Assembly: GCA_965208155.1 (NCBI GenBank)
Contig: OZ242322.1
Location: forward strand, 9,774-73,773
Reading direction: 5' to 3'
Origin: Thermodesulfobacteriota bacterium
GTDB taxonomy: Bacteria; Desulfobacterota_D; UBA1144; Nemesobacterales; Nemesobacteraceae
DNA length: 64,000 bases
The notes beneath the pieces were generated by a model, which was not told the DNA's origin, ran no database searches, and saw only the letters and a program-made list of their open reading frames with translations. Positions 47,568 through 56,200 of this stretch are shown here, piece after piece. The stretch's first letter is position 1; each line of letters opens with the position of its first letter. A program made the translations under genes and the position numbers.

Positions 47568-49280
47568 TTAATGATCTGAAGGAAGGTTGTCTAAACCTGC
47601 AACTGGTCGCATCAAACCCAATCCGCGAAACCTGCCGGATCCGATTATCAATGGTCCACCAACTAAGTCTTTGAATGTCAGAAACACATGCGCAAGCTGG
47701 CGAGATAGGTTTTTGCCATTTCTATCTCTCTGGTTGAATGTTGGATAGTTTCTTGCTGGTTTACCGCCCATTAGAAATGGGTTCAAGGAAACCTCTACAG
47801 ATAAAGGTTCTGGAAGTCCAACATGACTACACGCATCCCGTACAGCGAATTCGGCATTTTTCCAAGCCTTGGCACGAACCGAACTAGTACCCTTGGAAAG
47901 CGGACCGGGGTGCAGGGGAAGAGCAACTGGTGTAGCAGATGCCCAATAGCGGGACGCATTTCCCCAGATAGAAGGTCGCAGTGAGACTAAAGAGGTAGGG
48001 CCAAGTAGTCGATACATGGTTACTATATACTTAGCTTTAGCTCCTAGGATGAGACTTAGAAACGTGCTGGGTTGTCTGTTCCTTGCATACCGAGAACTTA
48101 AAGCTTTGTTCTCCCATGTTCCGATAGCACGCAGCAAAATTCGCCGTGAAGATTCATCCAGTACATTTGGCAAGGAAACCGCAACTCCCAAGATGCGTCC
48201 GTCAGAATGCTCAAAGCCTATGTAAGGTAGAGGAAGGAAAGACACATGTGGTATTGTCGTAGGACTTCCGTCTATTCTGTATCCACTGATTTCTTCGGGG
48301 ATGGGTTTTTCCGCATAACCAAGAACCGTTGTATACATTGCTGTGGCTAATTCTACTATCCTTGTCGGAGGAAAAGTGCGTGATTCATGCGAAAACTCAA
48401 AGACAATCCACTCACCTGCCGTGTTCGGCATTTGTGTGGATTCCGAGGAAGTAGTATCGCGCACAGTCTGATAACGAACATCAACATAAGGGAGAAACCG
48501 AGGTTTGATTCCTCTATGAAGAGCATGTTTCTTCTCGAGATCTTTTAGTTGTCCAGATCCAAAGGAACGCATACTATCCCCCTCATTACTTGGTATATGG
48601 TTTGGTTTAGTAGGAGTCTCGGTTACTATTCTGCAAGAGACTAAAGAAGAGGAGTGCCCAAGCCTCGTAACTCGTTTGAGCAAGCAGTCAAGTGTTTGCA
48701 AAACACCCTCCTGTGGTTTAGCTTCCCATATATAAGTAACGCGTGGTTCATCTGGAGTAGTTGACGGAAAAAACCGCTCTTGTCTACCTCTATGCTCAGG
48801 AAACATATCAAGCGCAGACGATGGGTTGGTATTGCCTATTTTCAGGACATATTCTTCTACCTTTCTAAGCTTGGTTATTTTGCGTTGGGTGCGAGCAACT
48901 TTTTCTGTAATTTCACCACCGGATATAGAAAGTTCCTTTTCCAATTCATTCATTAGCTCATAGAGTTTGTTGGCTCTCTGCTCACTCCATTTTTTAGGTA
49001 TAATCGAAGAATCATTAACAGGTACAAAGTAGGACACTGGTGTACGTGGAATAGCACCGGAAGCAGCAATTTTAGGAGGAGACAATGTTTCAAGCCACTC
49101 TAAGGCGGTCCTTTCCGATATATCAGATTCGTCGACATCTGTCCACGTTGCTACCATTGCAGAGAATAAACGTGCGGGGTGAGGTGGCCACTCGGGCCGC
49201 TTGCGATTGTTATGCGAAGAAGATACGCAACGACCCGTCAGGAAGTTGACTTCAATACCGAATTCATCATGATTTATCAT
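47568..49280 (-). CDS. csb2: Csb2-family RAMP protein, paralog A (Cas5/Cas6-like, type I-G/I-U)
   Basis: N-terminal VNFLTGRCVSSSHNNRKRPEWPPHPARLFSAMVATW and C-terminal glycine-rich loop IIGSGRFRGLGLMRP. It follows csb1 with a 15-nt gap. Confidence 0.7.
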   Translation of the reverse strand: MINHDEFGIEVNFLTGRCVSSSHNNRKRPEWPPHPARLFSAMVATWTDVDESDISERTALEWLETLSPPKIAASGAIPRTPVSYFVPVNDSSIIPKKWSEQRANKLYELMNELEKELSISGGEITEKVARTQRKITKLRKVEEYVLKIGNTNPSSALDMFPEHRGRQERFFPSTTPDEPRVTYIWEAKPQEGVLQTLDCLLKRVTRLGHSSSLVSCRIVTETPTKPNHIPSNEGDSMRSFGSGQLKDLEKKHALHRGIKPRFLPYVDVRYQTVRDTTSSESTQMPNTAGEWIVFEFSHESRTFPPTRIVELATAMYTTVLGYAEKPIPEEISGYRIDGSPTTIPHVSFLPLPYIGFEHSDGRILGVAVSLPNVLDESSRRILLRAIGTWENKALSSRYARNRQPSTFLSLILGAKAKYIVTMYRLLGPTSLVSLRPSIWGNASRYWASATPVALPLHPGPLSKGTSSVRAKAWKNAEFAVRDACSHVGLPEPLSVEVSLNPFLMGGKPARNYPTFNQRDRNGKNLSRQLAHVFLTFKDLVGGPLIIGSGRFRGLGLMRPVAGLDNLPSDH

Positions 49281-49295
49281 TGTTTAATTAGCAGA

Positions 49296-50549
49296 TTATT
49301 TTTCGACAGTCTCGGCAGAAACACTGTGACTCCGTCGAATCAGTTCAATGAGTTTTGGTGCTGGGAGAAAGCGAATTTCCTCAGTTTCCCAGCCTATTTC
49401 CGCCTCTACAGAATTTGACGCGGCATCTTTAAGGAGTTGAGCTGCCGAAGCTCGGTCTATGTCTATGACTTGTCCAGCTGACCCGTCTCTACCTAACATC
49501 TCCACTCGTAACGGATGTTCTGGGATCAAGAGACAACGAGATCTTAAATCAAAATCCAATTCGTGCTGATATGCAATAGCCGCAATACCTAATGCCGCAA
49601 GAGCAGTGCGCGCAGCTATTTCGGCATTGCGATTAAAACCTCGGAAACGAAGACGGCGTAATGCCGCAAGAGAAATTACAGTTGTCTGAAGGGCTTTAGA
49701 GATAGTAACGCCTCCAGCAAGAGAATCAATTGAAGGGGGAATATTCCCATGGTTGATCTTAGAAGGTTGCCCAGCTTCCCCGCTTGCTCCTCCACGCGAG
49801 GCTAGTACAGGTTGCCCTTTAGCGTCTAGCTCAGCAGATTCAGGGTCATGTGTCCAAACTTCTGAGCGATCTCTGCTGTTAAACACGCGGTTTTCGGTGG
49901 AAACTTTCTCAATTTGTAGTGGGTCAATGCGGCTACCCACTTTTTTTCCAATGGATACATCAAAACCTATAATTTCAGATACATAAGCTCTTTGAAACCT
50001 AGACCCTAGACCTCCCTTGGGACCAGTAGAATCCCACATGCCGAAAAGAAGTGATGTAGGTGAATAGCGGAAAAGTGCAGTGGCGTTAAGTGGTGTCGCA
50101 TCAGTAATAGAACGTCCAATTTCAGACAGTCGAAACAAGGTTCCATTAAGAAGGCTGTCGCGGAAAATAGCATCCGCTAACCGATGCGGTGTTTCAAGCA
50201 CCGTAAGTTTTTCATAATCTGTTATGGAAGTAGTTCCGGTAAAATCCACAAACGGAACAGGAAAAACTAACTCACCACTTTCCCAACCTTCGAGCAACGC
50301 CAATTCTGCCCGATTTGCCTGAGATGCAACAGAGTCCAATAAAACGGTAGTTGATATTTTGTCACTGACACCTATCTGGCGGTCTTCAATAGCGTATTTG
50401 TGCTGTGCATTTCCTTCTACTGCATACGAAGGTGGAAAAATTTTATCTCCTTTGCCACCAGCAGGTTGTAGGGTTAGCTGAGACCGAATAGCTACTGCGT
50501 TACCTGCGACTGCAGATTCGAGTTTTTCAAGTGTAATAGTATCGGACAT
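49296..50549 (-). CDS. csb1: Csb1/Cas7-like backbone subunit (type I-G/I-U)
   Basis: 417 aa and first gene of the operon. N-terminal LQPAGGKGDKIFPPSY resembles the Csb1 family start. The assignment rests mostly on size, position next to csb2, and memory of the family. Strong SD (AAGGGGGA). Confidence 0.55.
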   Translation of the reverse strand: MSDTITLEKLESAVAGNAVAIRSQLTLQPAGGKGDKIFPPSYAVEGNAQHKYAIEDRQIGVSDKISTTVLLDSVASQANRAELALLEGWESGELVFPVPFVDFTGTTSITDYEKLTVLETPHRLADAIFRDSLLNGTLFRLSEIGRSITDATPLNATALFRYSPTSLLFGMWDSTGPKGGLGSRFQRAYVSEIIGFDVSIGKKVGSRIDPLQIEKVSTENRVFNSRDRSEVWTHDPESAELDAKGQPVLASRGGASGEAGQPSKINHGNIPPSIDSLAGGVTISKALQTTVISLAALRRLRFRGFNRNAEIAARTALAALGIAAIAYQHELDFDLRSRCLLIPEHPLRVEMLGRDGSAGQVIDIDRASAAQLLKDAASNSVEAEIGWETEEIRFLPAPKLIELIRRSHSVSAETVEK

Positions 50550-50639
50550 TTATTATTTCCCCCTTATTTGAAATTTGATACATAACATGGAGATGATGAA
50601 AGCATAATAGTTATAACCTGAATATTAAAAGCAAAATTC

Positions 50640-50748
50640 TTTACAATGAGGCCGAGGCAAGGACACCTCGGAAATTTTTACTGGAATCTAGAAAGAATCT
50701 ACTCATAAACTCTCTTCAATAAGGCCAAGGAAATTTGCCTTGGAAATA
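50640..50748 (-). CRISPR. Degenerate mini-array: repeat-like (50713..50748), 36-nt pseudo-spacer (50677..50712), repeat-like (50640..50676)
   Basis: 50640..50676 is 25/37 identical to the array repeat with no indel. 50713..50748 keeps the flanks and a 6-bp stem with a loop 1 nt shorter. Stems are CCGAGG/CCTCGG and CCAAGG/CCTTGG vs CCGGGG/CCCCGG in the array. Same orientation as the array and the cas genes. Confidence 0.7.
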
Positions 50749-50989
50749 GTTTTCGATCAACTAATGTTTGCTTGTTTGCTGACTTTTATTCCTACATCTT
50801 TGATTTCATTTTCCCTTTCAAAGACAACACAATTTCCAGCTTTCGAATAGAACAATAGACGCTAGAACTAAATCTGAAAGACAATTTTGGGATGTTTCTA
50901 ACAACTTGTGTTAGTGTCTTCAATTTAGCCCTTAGCTCCTTAAACTGGAATTATATGTATAGAGTTAAATTTTCCTAATCTGCTGATTA

Positions 50990-51017
50990 ACTCTAAATGT
51001 TTTAAAATTAATGTCAA
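50990..51017 (-). promoter_or_regulatory. Putative sigma70-type promoter reading toward the mini-array and csb1
   Basis: On the minus strand: TTGACA (51017..51012), 16 nt, TAGAGT (50995..50990). A second candidate is TTAGGA (50978..50973), 17 nt, TATAAT (50955..50950). Sequence inspection only. Confidence 0.4.
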
Positions 51018-51259
51018 GCGAAACCAAAAAAATTGTTTTTTCACTTTGCACTGGTTTGCCAATTGAATCTCTTAAGGTACCGTTTCTCATAATGAGCAAG
51101 GTAGAGAAAACTATCTGTGATTTTTCTGGAATTCGACGTTATGTATTGGGCAAAGACAATGAGAGCACGATCATTTCTGCAGTCGGTGTTCTTCCTCATC
51201 TCTAGATATTTCCGACTCGTGCATTCCATATTGGCCACAATTGGAATTAAAGTTGAATC

Positions 51260-52357
51260 ATGTCTGAAAAACCACTAAACAGCGGGCTTCACCTCTCTGA
51301 TCTATTAATAAGTGGGTTTAGGTGCTTTGACAGACTCTCAATTCCAGAGTTGGGCAGCGTAAACCTGTTCGCCGGGAAAAACGGCACGGGGAAGACCTCT
51401 ATCCTTGAAGCAGTAAAAATATACGCTTCCCGCGCGGATGAATCCGTACTTGCTGAATTAATCGCAGGACGCGAAGAATTCCTCTCCGGCATCAACAAAG
51501 ATGGCGAGAAAGATAATTTCCTGGATTTCAAAGCACTTTTTCATGGCCGAGAACCTTCCATGGGCACGCGAATACAAATCGACGCTGGAAACGACACCGG
51601 AAAGCTGGAAATTGAGCTGGGAGTCTCGGATGATAAAGACGGTTTTTCAGACAAGGATGTTCCTGTCTTCAGGGTTCATTTCCAAGGCAAACACAACCTG
51701 ATTTTCGGTTTGTCTGAAAATGACTGGAGAAGGAAAAAGAGAATTCAGAGCGGTATTGTCAAAAACGAGCAAACGGAGATATTGAAATCACAGTGGCTGG
51801 GCCCGGAGATTTTATCCAACAGGACGATTGCCGAACTCTGGGATGAAATAATACTTACTGAAGACGAGAATCTTGCGATCAATGCCCTTAACATCGTTCT
51901 TGATGATCCGGTGGACCGCATAGCCATGATAGGAGAAGAAGGGTCCTCAGGTCGTTGGAGAGGCAGGCGAGCTGTCGTCAGGGTTGGAAAACATGCTCCC
52001 GTTTCTCTCAAAAGCCTTGGTGATGGGGCCATTCGGTTGTTCAGTACCGCTATTGCTCTTGCAAACTGCCGCGGAGGATTCCTTCTCATCGATGAAGCGG
52101 AAAACGGAATTCATTACACAGCTCAGCACAAGTTCTGGGGCATGATTCTTCGGACTGCGCAGGAAAACAATATTCAGGTTTTCGCGACCACCCACAGTTT
52201 TGACTGCGTAAGAGGTTTCGCGCAGGCCGCGACAGAGACAGAAGATGTTTCAGGTGTTCTGGTTCGCCTTGAACGGGAAGAGGAAGAGACCAGGTGCGTA
52301 AGGTATTCAGAAGAGGAACTTGCCGCCGCAGCCGAATACAACATAGAAGTAAGGTGA
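51260..52357 (+). CDS. ABC-type (AAA_15/AAA_21-like) ATPase
   Basis: Walker A GKNGTGKTS, signature-like SLGDGAIRLFS, Walker B FLLIDEAENGIH, and H-loop ATTHS. Confidence 0.75.
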   Translation: MSEKPLNSGLHLSDLLISGFRCFDRLSIPELGSVNLFAGKNGTGKTSILEAVKIYASRADESVLAELIAGREEFLSGINKDGEKDNFLDFKALFHGREPSMGTRIQIDAGNDTGKLEIELGVSDDKDGFSDKDVPVFRVHFQGKHNLIFGLSENDWRRKKRIQSGIVKNEQTEILKSQWLGPEILSNRTIAELWDEIILTEDENLAINALNIVLDDPVDRIAMIGEEGSSGRWRGRRAVVRVGKHAPVSLKSLGDGAIRLFSTAIALANCRGGFLLIDEAENGIHYTAQHKFWGMILRTAQENNIQVFATTHSFDCVRGFAQAATETEDVSGVLVRLEREEEETRCVRYSEEELAAAAEYNIEVR

Positions 52358-52360
52358 AAA

Positions 52361-53014
52361 ATGGTCGAGGCTGACAAAAAACATCTTCTTGTGGTTGAAG
52401 GACAGGATGACAAGCATGTCATCAGGCATATCCAAGACCAATGTTCGCAGAATCTTGAGTTTGCCATAAAGGAATCCGAAGGATTCCCGAACATTCTGAG
52501 GTATATCGGTCCGGAGACCAAGGTCGCCGGACGCAAATCCGTCGGATTTGTCATGGACAGCAACGATTGTCCCAAACAGCGGTGGAACGACGTCAGGAAG
52601 AAACTCACTGAAGCAGGTTTTACGCCCCCGAATAGCCCTGATCCACATGGTACAATCATAGACGGCGACAGAGTACCTGCCGTCGGAGTATGGCTGATGC
52701 CTGACAACAGTTCAAGAGGAGAAATCGAAGACTTCGTAATAAAAATGATCGGAGATCATGATCCGGTATGGCCGTTGGCGCAATCTTATATAAACAGTAT
52801 TCCCGACGATGCCAGAAAGTTTTCCTCAGCAAAATCGGATAAAGCGAAACTCTACGCCTGGTTGGCTACCAGAAAAAAACCCAACAGAATGGGAGCAGCC
52901 GTCAGCGCTGGAGACCTGATTGCACAAACACAGTTAAACTCGTTATTCGTGGACTGGCTTTCGAAACTGTTTGGACAAGCGGAAAGAACAGACTCAGCAT
53001 GCATCATACGTTAG
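52361..53014 (+). CDS. TOPRIM-like small protein (DUF4435/OLD-TOPRIM-like), partner of the ATPase
   Basis: N-terminal LLVVEGQDDKHVI (TOPRIM Glu motif) and a later GFVMDSND (DxD-like). Starts 3 nt after the ATPase stop. Family assignment is from motifs only. Confidence 0.45.
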   Translation: MVEADKKHLLVVEGQDDKHVIRHIQDQCSQNLEFAIKESEGFPNILRYIGPETKVAGRKSVGFVMDSNDCPKQRWNDVRKKLTEAGFTPPNSPDPHGTIIDGDRVPAVGVWLMPDNSSRGEIEDFVIKMIGDHDPVWPLAQSYINSIPDDARKFSSAKSDKAKLYAWLATRKKPNRMGAAVSAGDLIAQTQLNSLFVDWLSKLFGQAERTDSACIIR

Positions 53015-53269
53015 TAATTTTTCTTGGTCGAGAGGCAGGCAGCAGTTCTTCTGAAAGTGTTTCCAGTTATAAGGGAGCCGTTTGCCGGATTCCTGACGGA
53101 ACAGGCAAAAACAAGATTCTTCGACCTGCCACTTGCCAATCGTACTTGTTCCAAGCCCTGAACCGGTTTGATGCGACTGGTGGCTATGGAGCACTCAAAC
53201 AATTTTTGACAGAAAACGGAACTGCTAGAGACAAGACCAGGTGCATTTAGCCGAAGAGCACAGATCGAA

Positions 53270-56200
53270 ATGATATCAAGAAGCGATGTAGAGGACCTGC
53301 TTGACGGACCGTATTTCAACGATGGCACCGATTGTTTCCACCAAGGCAAAGTCTCCTCGGTCAATATCCTTGAGCAACAAAACAGCATAGGAAGCACCGT
53401 CTACGGCAAAAAGGGGGAATTGTATCATCAGAGCATACGCCTCAATATCGCGCCAGAAGGTTACATTGACGCAGTCATGGGCAGATGCTCATGCTCTGTC
53501 GGTTTTAACTGCAAGCACGTAGTGGCGGCACTTCTCGCGGCATCCAGGTTCAATACCAAAACTCGTCCGAAAAACCCGAACCGCTTTCTTACCCCTCGCA
53601 GTTCTCCAGACCAGCGGACTGAAGCCCCCGCAGCAAAACGCCGACGCAAGGAAGTTCTTTATCTTTTTCGCGTCGCCGAAGACAGAACTGTCAGAATAGA
53701 CCCTGTCACTGCGCGGTTCGGAGGAGACAGTACTATGCTCTCCACGGAGAAATACAGCTTTGGCGGTTCCGGTTATGACACCTCCAGGAGATTTCTCACG
53801 ATAAAAGACTTCAACATTCTTTCAAGGCTCTCTGAATTCTCGGAAGGAACTTGGCAGAGAGTTTATGACTGGCCGGAAGGGGAACAGCTCGTTGAGTTAA
53901 TCCAGATGCTGCTCAGCACCGGTTGCGTCCATGCGGAAACCGCCAATGGGCCGATTCTTTCCTGGGGCCCGCCAAGGCGATTTGAGTTTAAATGGATGCC
54001 GGACAGCAAAGGGAACCAGCTTGCAAAGACATTTGATGAGAGCGGAGAGGAATTCTCCCTTCTGCTTTTCTCGCCCCTCCTTTATATTGACGTCAGGGGT
54101 GGCCTGATAGGAATGGCTGAAACAGACATTCCAGACGAACTCGCAGAACTGCTTGCCATAGCTCACCCGGTGTCTCCGGAGAAATCCGGCATCGTTGCCG
54201 ACAGTATAGCCAGCTTCGGAGACGACAACGCACCCAAACCCCGGATAATAGAAATAAACCGCAGAAGCGATCTCATCCCCCGACCGGTTCTGACTCTGAG
54301 CAGCGTTACGACCAGAGTCCCAAAACGCATGCGCATGTATGGCCCTCTGCGCAAAATCAAGTCCCCCAAGATAATCTACCCCTGCGCGCGGATTCATATT
54401 GCGTATGAGGGAACGGAGCAGAGATTGATTCCTCTCGTAGGCGAGGATATTCAGGTTCTGACCGAACAGGGAGTCGACATAATAATCCGCGACTATGATC
54501 TGGAGTGGGAATTTGTCGTGCAGTTCGAAGAAATCGCGGAGGACTATGAGGGAATTTCCCCCAGATCGCCTGATTTTAAAATGGGCAGGACCCCGAAAAC
54601 GGTTCAAGACTCCGATATTGTTTTCAACCCGATTCTAAAAGATATCGAACAGGTGCACAGCTCCCTTATCAATTTCTCGACACAAGCCGTTCCCCGGTTG
54701 CGTGAGGAGGGATGGGATGTTCAGATTGAAAAAAGCTGGCCGTTTCATCTGAGCGAAGAGCATGTCAGTTTCAGCGCGGATATACAGTCTCAAGGCGAAA
54801 ACCGCTTTTCTCTGTCTCTTTGTCTCAAAGCCGGAGAAGAAGAGATAGACCTTGTGCCCGTAATACTCCAGGCGATAAAAATTCTTCCTCTGGAAAACCC
54901 GGGAACCCTTGAAGATGATCTTGAGGAAATGATATCGCCCTGTTCTTTTTACCCGCGACTCAAAGACGGCTCAAGGGTAAGGGTTGAGGGCGCAAATATC
55001 CTTCCTTTTGTTCAGGCATCTATTGAAATCAGCAACCTCAGAGAATTTCACAAAGGGGATGCGGGACGGATCTCCGAGTTTGCGCAAGCGCTTGAAGGAT
55101 CAGGCATTCTCTGGAGGGGAGGAAAGGAAATTCTTGAACTCGGCGAACGTCTTCGCGCTCTCGCCTCCATGTCCGGTACCGAACCTCCCGCGGCAATGAA
55201 GGGGTCCCTGCGTCCCTACCAGAAGCTTGGATACGGGTGGCTGCTCGCGCTTTGCGACAGCGGCTTCGGCGGAGTGCTGGCCGACGACATGGGGCTCGGA
55301 AAAACTGTACAGGCTCTTTCGCTCCTTGCCCGTCGCCATCTTGAAGCGGGCACAGACCGTCCGAGTCTGCTTGTCGTTCCCACAAGCCTCGTCAGCAACT
55401 GGATCCGCGAGGCAGCGCATTTCGTTCCGGATCTGAAACTGCTTGCCCTGCGTGGGCCGGAGAGAAAAAAGAGATTCTGTGAGATCCCCGACAATCATCT
55501 GGTCATAACCACCTATCCGCTTGTAAACCGGGACCACAAGGAACTTTTCTCCCACAAGTACGATCTGGCGATTCTGGATGAGGCGCAGGCAGTGAAAAAC
55601 CCTTCCACGGCCATAGCGAAACACATACGCGGAATAAACGCCCGCCAGCGCGTGGCACTTACGGGAACCCCGATGGAAAACAACCTCGAAGAGCTCTGGT
55701 CTCTTTACGACTGGCTTATCCCCGGGTTTCTCGGCGACCGTAAATCGTTTAAAAGAACCTACAGGACTCCGATAGAAAAACACGGCGACACGGGAAAACA
55801 GCGACTGCTCTCAGCTCGACTCAAGCCGTTTCTGCTTCGTCGGGCAAAGGAGGACGTGGCGAAAGATCTTCCGGCGAAAACGGAAATCGACGAAGTAATC
55901 CCACTTTCAGAAAACCAGCGCGCACTCTATGAGGTTATCCGGGTAGCGATGGATGAAAGGATAAGGGAAGCCGTGCGCGAAAAGGGAATGGCCCGGTCCC
56001 GCATAACGATTCTTGACGCGCTGCTCAGACTTCGGCAGGTGTGCTGCGACCCCGCTCTCGTGAAACTTGACGCCGCGAAAAAGTTTACGGAGAGCTCAAA
56101 GCGCAAGAGGCTGTCTGAAATTCTCTGTGAGCTTGTCGCCGAGGGGCGGAAGGTCCTCGTTTTCTCTCAGTTCGTCGAAATGCTGCGCCTGATTGAAAAA

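Noticed and set aside
50917-50945. Possible third degenerate repeat (minus strand GTTTAAGGAGCTAAGGGCTAAATTGAAGA), which begins with GTTT and ends with ATTGAAGA like the true repeat
   Set aside because: It is only 29 nt and has no stem equivalent to CCGGGG/CCCCGG. It is not at repeat-spacer spacing from the mini-array (168 nt away). It may be a relic, but the evidence is too thin to call.
51011-51238. Small overlapping ORFs (64 aa plus strand, 65 aa minus strand) in the AT-rich spacer between the cas promoter region and the ATPase gene
   Set aside because: There is no SD, no motif, and the two overlap each other. The region more likely carries the divergent promoters.
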